From Gonapodya sp. JEL0774 (Eukaryota): DNA of 64,000 nt. Shown here in pieces: positions 52,601-64,000 of the stretch (its first letter is position 1; every line of letters begins with the position of its first letter). The stretch lies in NCBI GenBank assembly GCA_027604505.1, contig JADIIX010000121.1:1-64000 (forward strand). Reading direction: 5' to 3'. Both the position numbers and the translations under genes were made by a program. The notes under the pieces were generated by a model that did not search any database, was not told the DNA's origin, and saw only the letters and a program-made list of their open reading frames with translations.

Positions 52601-54320
52601 AGATCCTGTCCGTCAGCTCTACGCTCGCCTCCCACCAGGCGACAGCCTCCCACAACCTTCCCAATGCGAAGCAGGCATTGCCCAAGTTGTTTGTCAGGTC
52701 CATCAAAAATGCCACCATTGGTGGACCTGAGACAGGATCCAGAGCTTTTAAACCTCCTCGCCCTTCCACCATCTTGAATCCCCAATTACCGACACGTCGC
52801 GCTCGAGCTTCACGAGGCTGAAGTACATCCGCACCAGCACTTGCCGCTGGAGTGGCAGAAGTCGCACCAGGCGCCGCTGTCCCAGCTCCTTGCGCACCAG
52901 GCCGTTCCGCAGCCCCACCGTGGGCCACGTTGATGCGGCGTTCAACTTCCTCCACAAATTCAGTGGACAAGTCGACCCAGCTGGACCGTTGGTTTGCTCC
53001 TCCCTTTACTTTGGCGCGCTGGAGCATGGCCCTCGCCAGCGACCAAGCGTCACGAAGGAGCTGCACACATTCCTCGCGGGCGGCCTTGTCGGCCCTGCCG
53101 TCGTGAGTGGTCCGACGGGCGACCGCCTGATTAGCTGCTGCCTTCGCTTCACGAAACAGATCGTTATCTTGTTTAGCACGATCGGTGGCAGTGCGGAATC
53201 GGAGCAGGGCATCCTGCGCATTGAGTTGGGCTGGGCTCAGGAACTTGCAACCTTCTTCCAATAGTTCGTCTGTGGTGAAATTACTGAAGACAGATGCGGC
53301 TCGCTTTGGAATGGGAGCTGTGGCAAGGCGCTGTGCGACGGCGGTTTGCACGCGCGGAGGAGGTACAAAGCCGCCGGTGTTAGAAGGATTGGACGATGGG
53401 GTAATGGATGGCTGGCGCCCAAGATTTGCGCCAGGGTTTGAGGGATTTGATTGCGCGTTGGGTTGAGATGGATTTATGGAGGGTTGGCGGCCGAGGTTGG
53501 CACCGGTGGCCACACCACCACCATAGGCTTGCAGGTCTGGGCGAGGGAAGGAGGGACCTCCACCGCCGTTATCAAAAGAAGGCTGGCGATTCGCAACACT
53601 GGACTGGCGGGGTCCATACGGGGGAACGACAGGGCCTTGGCCACGCTGATGCTGCTGGGCGGACACACCAGGAGGGTACACGCCTGGCGGATATGGCGCG
53701 GTAGATGCAACAGTGCGCGGAGGATAAGGAGCAAGATTGGGTGCAGATTGACCAGAGGTGCCGGGGGGGCCAGAAGGGAAGGGCTGACGGGATGGTACTG
53801 AGGCACCTCGATGTGGGATCGGTACTGTAGATGGTTGCAGTGAGCCGTTTGGCGGTGGGTTGAGGGATGCAGCGACAGAAACTGTACGGTGCGGGATAGG
53901 TGCACCTGCTGCACCGACGGGGTGGTGTGCTTGTGGATGCGGGGAAGGTGGGTGGTGGATGTCTGGCGCCGAAGTCGACGAGGACGGTCCCCGGACATCC
54001 ATGGGTCCTCTCACATCGAAAATAGGACCTGAACTTTGAGAGCCGTACGATGTTGGCGGAGGTGGTGGGGCGCGGTAGGAGGGCTGACGGTGGGGGGAAG
54101 GGGATGGTGGAGCTTGGGAATCCCGCCCGTCTGGAGGGCCGCGGACATCGGGAGGACCGCGGACATCCGGACCACGCACATCAAGATATGCAACGGGCTG
54201 GTTAGAGCGGGGAGGAGGGGGATACTGCGGGGGTGGGGGGAGAGGGCGATTCGAGTTTGGTGGAGGATAGTTGGGAGGGGGCGGCTGGTTGTACCAGTTA
54301 TTGTTCTGTTGGTAAGACAT
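49635..54320 (-). CDS. Large TPR-containing protein with Pro-rich disordered N-terminus (2 exons)
   Basis: Two long ORFs joined in frame by intron 51490-51371. TPR-like units NNLGNACFALGRLWEAVAWWEAS, ARAWTHIGYALSTAGFHEEAIHCHQRAI and CHSHLATAYEGMG. Confidence 0.75.
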
Positions 54321-55335
54321 GACTCGGGGCGGAAGTCCTATTAAGAAGAAGGAGCGGCTGGGCGGAAATGATGTGTATCGTGAGTAATACGGTGCAGTTT
54401 CGCGATGTTTTCGAAGCTCTATTGGTGTTCCAGGCCACCGCGCAACCTCTTGTCAAGGGTCGGCGAGGGCACATTCACAGAAGCACGGCGCAAGCACGTC
54501 CCATAAATCCGTGGATCCATTAGCAGAAATGCTCATCCTCATATTCTGTATGCTTCCCGTCTCGTGTTCCAACCATGAACGTGCTCATGCACATCAACCC
54601 TCACCACAATCCCTCCGTCCACGATCCACTTCCAATGCTGCCCCAAAATTACTCCATTTTTTTTAGTTTTACGTCGACTACTCACCTCGCGCAGTCGGAT
54701 TCCCCTTGCTAAGGCTCCCCACTCCCACACTCAATGTCCCCTGGAACCCTGCTGCTCCTCTCGGTGCTCGTCACGGCTCTAGCTCGTCTTCAAAGCTTCG
54801 CCTTCGCTTTTCTCGCGTCTGCGAATCAATGTTCTAAATTGTACCGAAAATAGCGACGGGGAGAATCGGTCTGCGCCACCCGGCAGGCCCATGTTCCCAC
54901 TAACAACACATGATCAAAAGCATTTTGCAGCTGTGTCGCGCGTCCTGCTACGGACTCATTTGTGTGGCCGAGACGACTTAGACAAGATGAAGCTTATTAT
55001 GGAAATATGTTAACCGCTACTCCCTACGTCACACATTCATCATACATCCAGGCAAGATTTTTGAAAATCACATCCTCCAGAAATGTTCATAACAGCTTCC
55101 GTTCCTATCCGCACGTTACGCGCTCAAAGTCTGTATGAAAACAATCCTGGGTTGGAAATGGAATCCATCACAAATAGCAACAAGTGAGACCACGCAAACA
55201 AGCTACTAAACGGACCTCCGGCTCCAAAACGCTCTCGTGAACGGTGTTGTTCGGTGCGGAGCGGATGAACATCCCACAAATTCACAGCACAACATGTATG
55301 CCTGGCACTATTATCCACTATATCCACTACACTAA

Positions 55336-56742
55336 ATGGCAAATCAACTGGATTCGCCATTTACGCTGCACCTACCGTCCTCTTCTTCGTCTCCTGTATC
55401 ATCCCTTTCTGCAAATTCATACTTCTTGCTCGTTGCGTCTTCACTTTTGGGGGTTGTAGCCTCTCGTCTGATTACTGTTACAACCGATTCGGCTGCGTCA
55501 TCTGCCCCCCCGTATTCTCTGCCATCCGACGCCACGACTTCTGATGCGACACAGGGGACCACTGTGTCCGCTCTCACTCACGAAGTAGTCCTAACATCTG
55601 TTGCCGAGTCTCTTACTCCTCCTGCAACCTGGAAACATTCAGCTCTGGGTGCATTCAACTCCTTTGATAACTCGGGCGGATCTAATAGCAGCGGAGGGGG
55701 AGGGAAGGGACGAAGGAAGCCGCAACCGGGAGCGCACTTGTCTGGAATCACTGTCATGGTGGGTTCATCCCGTCTCTGGGGACACGATCTTTGGAAATCA
55801 AAAACATCTCTGCGACCACTGGTGGTTTCTGACAAAGAGAGAGGAAATTGGCCTGTCCGAAAGGAAATGAATTGTGCCACGCTGTCGTGGTTCCAGGACT
55901 CTTGCCCTCACATGCCTGGGTCAGCGATAGACGCGCATGTCCTTGATTTCTCCACATCTCGCTCTTTTGCGTCCTCGTCGCAAACCATGTGCTGTTTTTG
56001 CGATTATCGGGAATGCTCACGATGGATACTGGGACCTCGGCGTTGAAACCCCATGAAACAGGTCATCTTTGTCCGCACTGACGTTTCTATGACTCGAGGC
56101 AAAGCTGCAGCTCAGTGTGGCCACGCTGCGCTCGCCGCGAGGGAATCTGCTGCGAAGTCCGGCAAGGTAAGGGTAAACTATGTCTTTCGGGGAGAATCGT
56201 TGATGACAGAGCGAATGTGTAATATCGCTATGACAGAGCGGAAAAAATGGAATACTTGCAAAAAGGTCACCGGTGGATCATCAACTCGCGGACCAATGGT
56301 TCTGATGGCCGATTTTGTTGGAAGAACAAGACGATCCAGCGGGAAGTATTCCTCAATGTAATCACTAACTCTGGGCTTTTCATTTCACACAGACTTTTAA
56401 CAATTCTATCCCCATACTGTTCTTCCGGGCCTCTAGTGAAGCTCATCTGTAAGTTTGCAATCTCTTTGCTCTCTCGCACATCTTACAACTGCTCATCCTG
56501 GCCCTCTTCTAAGCCATCTCCTCCGCCGCCACGCTCACTCCTCAAGTGTGCCTCGTGTTCCTTACTCGTCAATTCTCGATGCAGGCCGCACCCAAATTGA
56601 GCCAGGGACACGTACTGTAGCGGCACTGGGCCCTGCTTTGTGGGAGGATGTTGTCAAGGTGATGGAAGCAGCTGCAAGAAATGCGAAAGAGAACTTGTTG
56701 GAAACCAAAAATGGTCTTTGGGATGTATGGAAGGAGTATTGA
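55336..56742 (+). CDS. PTH2: Peptidyl-tRNA hydrolase 2 with N-terminal membrane anchor
   Basis: VIFVRTDVSMTRGKAAAQCGHA and ILDAGRTQIEPGTRTVAALGP; hydrophobic YFLLVASSLLGVVA near the N-terminus. Confidence 0.9.
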
Positions 56743-56772
56743 TGAATGAAACTCTTTGTATTCCACTTTGCT

Positions 56773-58894
56773 TCAATTCATACGGTGATATCGACACGTA
56801 AAGCAAACAGAGATTCGGCAGCCGAGTTCTCCGCAGCTGAAGCAATAATGCTACCAGAGGAAAACGAGTACTTATTCAGCAAGGCGTTGCAGAGATGATT
56901 TGATCATCGCATTGTCGATCATTTTGCTCACCCGCATTTGGAACTGACAGTTGTGGCAAAAAATTCGTGAGCGAATGTCTTCTCGCGCCCATGTATGTGT
57001 GTGATCGTGATGCACTCTCAGGTACTCTGCACGTCTTTGTACCATGTTTTCGTAATTGATGGGAACAGCGGGACCACCATTTGCAGGAACAGGACCAGCT
57101 TCTAAAACTTGATTGACATCTTCACGAGCACCTGAATAATTTTGGCAAACGGATTGATTAAAAGATCACGATCTGGCAACTCCAGAGAATGAGCATACGG
57201 GCGATGAGACGGTGTTCGTCCCATGTACGACACTCGCACCGTTTCCACTGCACTCCACAGAGGTAGCAAAATTCATATCGACAGATACAAGTCATGTGAA
57301 AGCACCCCTGTTGCAACTCTTCATGTAATAGTAAGTGGCTGATGACGTATTTCGCTTCTGAGAAGGCAACAGAATTCTCACCAGTTATACGATCACACTT
57401 GCTGCATCTTTGCCACTGCCCAATAACCATTGCTTGATCGAATAGAAGCTGGTTGATATCCTCTTGTCGTAATACATTTCTGGAGTGTTGGGCATCTTCA
57501 CACGATCGTCCACGGTGGTCATAGTGACGACATCTTTGGGTATCAGAGTAAATCAGCTCATAGCTGGATAATTAATGAAGTCATCCCACCGTCACGTACC
57601 TTCCACAAAGGCGGATGTGACATTTGGGACAGTCTAGCCTTCCGTCATCGGAAAGATCCACGCGCTCCAGATTGATAAATGCGGAGCAAGCGTCCACGGG
57701 ACAGTACATTTTCACCGATGCTGTGTTTTCCTCCAGTCTTGAGAGGTATGCGGTTGCGTCATCCGGAGGGAGCACCATCCTGGCAATTTTGCTATCCATT
57801 TCAACCCCACAACACCGTGCTGGTAACAATGTGAGATCTGTTGTTGCATGCAAGAATAGTCGATTCAGACATGTGTAGCAATAGTGATGTTTGCAACTCT
57901 GCGTGAAACAGTTCTTCTGGTCGCCACAAGAATCACAGGCAGTTCGAGCAAAGTCAAATTGAAGTTTCAATGGAGTTCCACGCTGCAATGGCGGAGTAGT
58001 AGGGCGTAATGAATTGAGAGAGAGTGCTGAACTTGGGCGGCTTGGTACAGTTTCGCTTGCGGATGTTCGAGACCAAACAGAGGCTCGAGATTCCGGCCGG
58101 GCGAACGTCACATCTTCGCCACGATGGATTCTCAGAGCGAGCTGTCGGTCATCATGTTCTTGCAGTTGAAGCTTCTCAAAAACTTGTGCAAGCTCGTGGG
58201 CAGCCTGAAGTGTTGCACGCGGTGTGTATAATCTTCTCACCGAAGAAGCACCACAGCGCAAATATTCACATCAAAATCTCTTTCAGTTCTGGGATCAAAG
58301 TGCATCATGGCACCAACATCAGTTCTCTCTGCAACTTCAAAATCCTCGTACTGCTGACCAATCCCAACAAGATCTTGTGCGAACGTCATAACTGCAAATT
58401 CAAAATCCTCGTGTGCTTGTGTGGTTTTGTTCCTTCTTTTGGCTTCCATAACCTCACGGACATCCTAAACAGATATACATGCCGTGGCTTTAAGCGTTAG
58501 TGAAGACAATGCACAGGGTTCGCAGTACTCCACCTCCGTTTGTAGAGATGCGGCAGCAAGCTCATTTGTTCTCCGTTCATGATCGATAAGCTTGTAAAAT
58601 GCCTTTTCCGAGAGACATGTGAAGTGAGGAACAAAGAAGATGGTTGTCGCCACTCACAATTTGGATAACTTCTTCAATTCGTCCTTCTCCTGTCACACCT
58701 AGAGCGATCAGCAGCTCCTGGGTTTGCATGGCGAGAACGTTTGATCCTTCAAGAGTTTTTTCTTGGACCATTCTCTCCACTTCTCTGTCAATTGGTGAAA
58801 AACCGGCATGAGATCTGAAGTATTCCAGGACTCGTCGAGTGTCCCATGACGTCACAGATGAGTATGAGATGCTTTTCTCCAATTGTGTGGCCAT
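56773..58894 (-). CDS. RBR (RING1-IBR-RING2) E3 ubiquitin ligase with N-terminal SAM-like domain
   Basis: RING1 CDSC...CKHHYCYTC...PARCC; IBR MYCPVDACSAFI...CPKC; RING2 WQRCSKC...GCFHMTCICRYEFCYLCG; C-terminal Cys cluster. Confidence 0.88.
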
Positions 58895-59089
58895 CAAAGC
58901 GTTCGAGCTTTCAAATCTGTTGATCAACCTCGAATTGGACAGTTATTGGACACATCAAAACAAGGAAGGTCTATAATATATATGGGGAGGGACAACCTCA
59001 TGATCAAACAAATGATGACAACGAACATGGGATCGAAGATAAAGAGAGGGTACACACTTCAACCACTTCCGCGTCCTCCAAGAACATGT

Positions 59090-62000
59090 TTATTCAGAGC
59101 TAACCCGAAAATTAGGGTGCATCACCTCCCTCACAGAATCTGCTTGGTCTTTTCCAGTTTCCTTTTCCATCTGTTCCCACGCCCACCTCACCACCTCTTT
59201 GCTGACCCGATTCTCCCTCCTTCCTTTGCCCACCAAGCCCATCACCCCCACCCACGCTCGAACATTCGCTTTCTCTCCGACAACTTCCTCGTACTGTCCG
59301 CCCAAAAATTGGATCGCTTCTTTGATCGCGCCACATCTCGCCAAACACTCCGCATAAGAAGCTGCAGCGTTTGCCGGAACATGTGATCTAATGTCAATCT
59401 CATACGCGGCGACAATATCCCGCCACAACTCTTGTGCTCGATCTAGAATGCCAACGTGACCTAAAGCATCAAAAATAATGGCAAGAGAGGCAACAGATAG
59501 GTTGCAGAGCGATCTCCGAATAATGGAATTTCTGTTTGTCGGAACGCCAGTGTACTGGGATTGAAGAATTGGAAAGCTGAGCTGCGACTCGCGGACAGAT
59601 CCAGGTGTCCCTTGCAGCGTTTGACTAGTTCCCTTTGCAAAATTAACCAGTTCCTCAACCCATCGCATAACTCCATCCCGATCACCAGCTCTCGAGCTGG
59701 CATCCAGCACCGCAGAGATGCACCTCTCGTCCGGATCAATGCCAAGAGTACGCATACGCTTAAAATAAGTTACTGCGAGGTCAAATCGACCAGATTTCGC
59801 GAAAGCGTTGAGAAGTGTGGAGAAATGCGCTTGGTCGGGTTTTTGGCCAACTACCAAATTGATATGGTACAGGTGGGACATGGGAGACGTTAGTTGACAC
59901 TCAAAACCCATACTTGTAGCGTATCAAAACTGTTTCACTTACATTCCACCATGGCGCTGAATTCGTCAACGGCTTGATTCACATCCTCAAGAGTGACACC
60001 GACGTGGTGCATTCGAATCCTCCAAGCCACCGCATCTGGGATGTTGGCACTTGGATATGTCCAAGCGACAGAAGACAACCATACGTCAGCAGGCCCAAGG
60101 TTTCGAGGAAACGGTATTGCTGATGCTTCTGAAGAAGAAGGTACAGGGATCGGTTCCAGCTCCGCAACCAAGGCTGGGCGTGCTAGCATGAAAGCATAAA
60201 CGGAGTTGACTGTCTTGTCATCCGGAATCTCCGGGTCCAAATCTTCCCTTCGTGATGCGTTCCTTTTCTGCAACCAAACCCAATATCTGTTCCACCACAG
60301 CTGGACGCCGATCCCATCTTCAATTGCAACACATGCTGCTACCACATTCGCAAATGCTATCTTATCCACTGTCTGTGCGGTCCACGACCTCTCCATCGCC
60401 GGAATGGCCCACGATCTTAATCCTCCTCCGTCCTCGGCCACAGCAAACAACCCACACGCAGTGGTTGCCAACATTGTATCAATCCGCTCAACTCCAACAC
60501 GCCCTAACGCTTCCGTCAAATACGCAGCAGCTTTGTGAGCTCCGTGTTGCATCACTACTGCCCGCGTTATTGAGTTCACTACCACAGGATCTCCATCGAC
60601 ACCACCTTCCTTGGCAACCACAATCGCCCCATCAATATCCCCTTTAACCAAATGGGCGCCCACCAAATGAGTCCAGCTCATCTCATCAGGTCCACCGACT
60701 TTTTCCATCTTCGTAATTACGGCACGGGCACCTTCCACATCACCTGCACGCGCGACACCGTCAAGGGCCGCGTTGAGCGACCACAAATCCGGCTTCACTT
60801 GAGCACGCTTCATGTCACGAAGAATGGTCCTCGTCCACAACGCGTCAGCAGACGCCGATGAAGATGAAGGTGTGCGCGATGCGAGTTGAATCAGCGAAGT
60901 GAAATACACAAGGTCAACCCGAGCACGAGAAGATAACAGGTATGCGTGCAAGGACTTGACTGTCGTGATGAGCGCTGCTAAGTCTTTGCTCTGCTCTTGC
61001 TCCTTGTTTACCGGACCACCATCAGGTTTCAACTTCAGTCTCACGACGCCCAAAAATCTCGTTGCCATCGGTACCGCAACATCCCAGCCTTTCGCAACTG
61101 CCATGTCAATCCACTCCGCCGCTTCGTTCGCTCTCCCCCTCGCGATTGCGAATTTGATCATGACTACAGCTGTCTCCGCAGAAGGAGCAACACTTGCACG
61201 CCGCATGGCTGCGAGCAAGGTTCGCACGCGGGCTGATCGGGCAGACGCAGGATCCGATGTAAGCGTGCGGAGGATAGCAGTATACAGTGCGGCGGTGGGT
61301 GGTTGAGGAAGGTTCGCGATGAGGCGACGTGCGGCATGATATTCCGGGGAAGGGTCTGGAACGGTTGGAAGGAGGACAGACGGGTGTGAAAGAAAGTGGG
61401 CGAGATCAGCTTCTCTTGGATGCAAGGATGGATCGAGGCGCGAACGCAGTAGGAGTAGGCGAAGGGCGGATCCAGGACCCGTGGTGGGTGTCGTGGTGAA
61501 GTTCAATAGGGCATGACCAAGCGCCGCGAGATGAGGGGATGAAGGTGCAAATGCGGAGGATGGTGTGGAGAGTGCGAAGAGGGGAAGTGCTGATGGCCGC
61601 GGCAAAACAGCGTAATCGCCTCCACCAGCAGCATCAAGCCACCGCCCGAACGGTACCAGAAATAGTGTACAAGCGCGTTCGGGGTATCCACGGGCGGCAA
61701 ACAACTGCACGAGGTGGTAAGCTGTGGATGATTGTCGAGGGGGGAGGGTCGGGAACTGGGGGAGGGCCCTGGATGGGGCGCTCGATCCAGGTGTAGTGTC
61801 AGATCGGGAGTCGCGCAGGGGAACAGTGAGACCAAGGAGTGTGACGGTGGATTTGCGAGCAGGGTTGCGTTGCTTGCTCGAAAGCTGGTGCCGGTGGAGG
61901 TACCCTTGTGGATTACCCTTATTATCCGCCAGTGGGTCGTGGCCTCCAAAAGCCACAACATCGGTACCACTCCTAACAACCCTCTCCATAGCCTCGCATG

Positions 62001-63442
62001 CAACCTGCCAGGCTTCTTGAGTTTCTTCCTGCCGCCCAGATTGCAGCAACGCTTGTACGAGGTAGCGCTCTGCAACCGCCAAATCAGCTTCGGTTATTGG
62101 GGAGCGGTGCACACCTCGTTTGGCGAAACCATCGAAAGAGTGGGTGTGAATCTCTTTCTCAGGGTCGTGGAGGGAGCGAGCCCAGGCGATGAGTTCGCGG
62201 AGCGCCGGTAGGCTCGGTGGAGTAACTTTAGCGAAGGCACTGGCGGCAGTAGCGAGTGGGAACGAACGGAAAGGGTTGGCAATAAGAAAGGGGAACGGTG
62301 TGGGGGGAAGACGTGGTGTGATAAGGTCGAGAAGTGGTTGGAGTGCTAGTATACGTCGGAGGAGCATCAGGGAGAGTTCGGTGGAGCGAACAGTGGGGGT
62401 GAGCAGAGTGAACTTGACGAGGAGGAACTGGGGGAGGGTGGGGTGGCGAAGATAGTGTGAGAGCATCGCTGGGGTGATTTCGGGTGGGAGCTTGGGGAGT
62501 AGGGATAAGTCTGCGAGAGGGTAGGAAGTCGAGATGGCCCTCACGGGCGAGGTTGGATTTTGGGGAGGGGTGTTCACCTTCTCGATCGGCGCCCGTCATA
62601 TTCTCCACGGTTTTCAACCTCAATTCCCCTGACGTGTTCATTGAGATTTTATTTGAAGTAAGAGCGAGACGCAAGAGTCGTTCCATGTGATCGAGTCTGC
62701 CCATAGCGACTTGAAATGCTACTTCAATGTATCCAAACCAGAGAAGACGCGTGACGAAAAATCTTGTGAGCGGAAATGCACGGCCGTGAGATTTCGCTCC
62801 CGCACGGGTGTCGGGTTTCGTTCGCTGATTGGTGTCAGGGCCGTCAGCCTGCGGCGAGAGGACTAATGGGTCGTCGTGCATCCGAGCCAGAGCACGCATG
62901 TACACCTCCATCGCCGCCACCACATCTCGCGAGTCACGGGAGAGAGCAGCAGCTATCTCTCGTTCCGGTTGCGTGCGCGGACTCGGAAGACGGTCTGATG
63001 AAGAGTCCGAATTGTTGGTGGTGTCCACCACCGGGTCTGCATGGAAATCGCCATCTCCGCCTACAAGGATATTTTGAGCAGCTGCAGAAACGGAAGAAAC
63101 AGGTATCGGATGTTCCAATCTCCCCTCGGGTCGGGATAAAATCGACCCATTACGGACCAAACCAACTCCTGGATTATTTCTTGTGTCTCTCCGTCGCTCC
63201 GTCTGGTGCCTGACACCCCGGAGTCCCCGCTCGGACCTCTCCACTTTCTCCGTTTTATCTGTCCCATTTGCGTTATTCCTCAGCACATCTGCGCCGATCG
63301 CTTGCTGTTTTGTGAAAATTGTCCCACTGCGAAGCCCACGCTGTTCGTTCCCAATTCGCGGTTCTGTGACCCTCCGCATCTCCAAAAAAGAGCCTCTTAT
63401 GATTCTCCGAGCTGTGATTTCCTTCAGGCTGCATCGAATCAT
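59090..63442 (-). CDS. Pentatricopeptide-repeat (PPR) protein, probably mitochondrial (3 exons)
   Basis: Introns 62577-62511 and about 59941-59852 restore frame. PPR motifs KPDLWSLNAALDGVARAGDVEGARAVITKM and KPDQAHFSTLLNAFAKSGRFDLAVTYFKRMRTLGIDPD; Arg-rich N-terminus. Confidence 0.85.
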
Positions 63443-64000
63443 CGGGAACTCGCTGAGAATCTGAACCCATTGCGAAGAAGATGTCGTGCCACGTCATTCT
63501 CATTCTCATCGACCACTGGTACTACAGTGACACTGAAATCCTATAAATCATATCTACGCCCATGTACTTTTAGTTTCACGTTACACATTTACGGCATTCA
63601 GACATCCCCACGTCCGCTCGTGTTTGATTACTAAACCACTTCCATCTCGCGTTCTCGAGTACGTTGATACTGCCCACCATATGTTCTTGATTTGGAAGGC
63701 AGGCGATGACATTGAGGAGCCTTGTTGATTCTGCAAAGGATTTTTCGAGTTTTATGGCTCTTTCATCATTACGAATCCCCTCATATCTCTGCTCCTTCCG
63801 AGACCGAGCAAGAGATGATACACCAAGTTTCTAGATCCCTCTTATGGGTGGTCTGTGGAGAACTGTAAAAGAGATTTCGTTGTTGAAAAGTCGGCTTCGG
63901 GAGTACCAGTGCCGTACATATGCCGCCGCCGCACCAGAAAGAACGGAGCGATTCAAAATAAACGATGGGCGGCTGCTTCAGCAAATTCGAGCCTACCACC

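Noticed and set aside
54734..54853. 39-codon hydrophobic ORF MSPGTLLLLSVLVTALA...
   Set aside because: Too short with no independent support; pyrimidine-rich DNA readily produces such ORFs.
62511..62577. Apparent frameshift between the two long PPR ORFs
   Set aside because: Explained by a 67-nt phase-1 GT-AG intron.

Overview
Gene-dense, intron-rich eukaryotic nuclear DNA with canonical GT-AG introns mostly 50-250 nt long and about 23 protein-coding genes. I saw no tRNA, rRNA, CRISPR array or intact transposon. Gene content (Tfg1, Fyv4, Stf2-like, Fmp42-like, fungal-type RBR ligase, plus APC7, which yeasts lack) points to an early-diverging fungus, probably chytrid or monoblepharid; this is inference. 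Recognisable genes, in order: transmembrane RING-H2 ligase, MFS/SLC43 transporter, LisH-WD40 protein, TFIIF large subunit, PPR protein, M32 carboxypeptidase, secreted unknown protein, DUS4, a hidden STF2/TMA10-like gene, PKA catalytic subunit, FYV4, LRR receptor-like protein, LEA-like protein, APC7, UDP-glucose 4-epimerase, TPR protein, PTH2, SAM-RBR ligase and a second PPR protein. Most notable: a 17-exon plant-type LRR receptor with a transmembrane helix, cytoplasmic SH3 and SHOCT-like tail; an intron-rich prokaryote-type M32 carboxypeptidase with a presequence; a roughly 114-bp multi-hairpin element flanked by an 8-bp direct repeat; and a spliced upstream ORF whose stop overlaps a PPR start codon. 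All gene models were spliced by hand; family calls come from motif recognition, not database searches.
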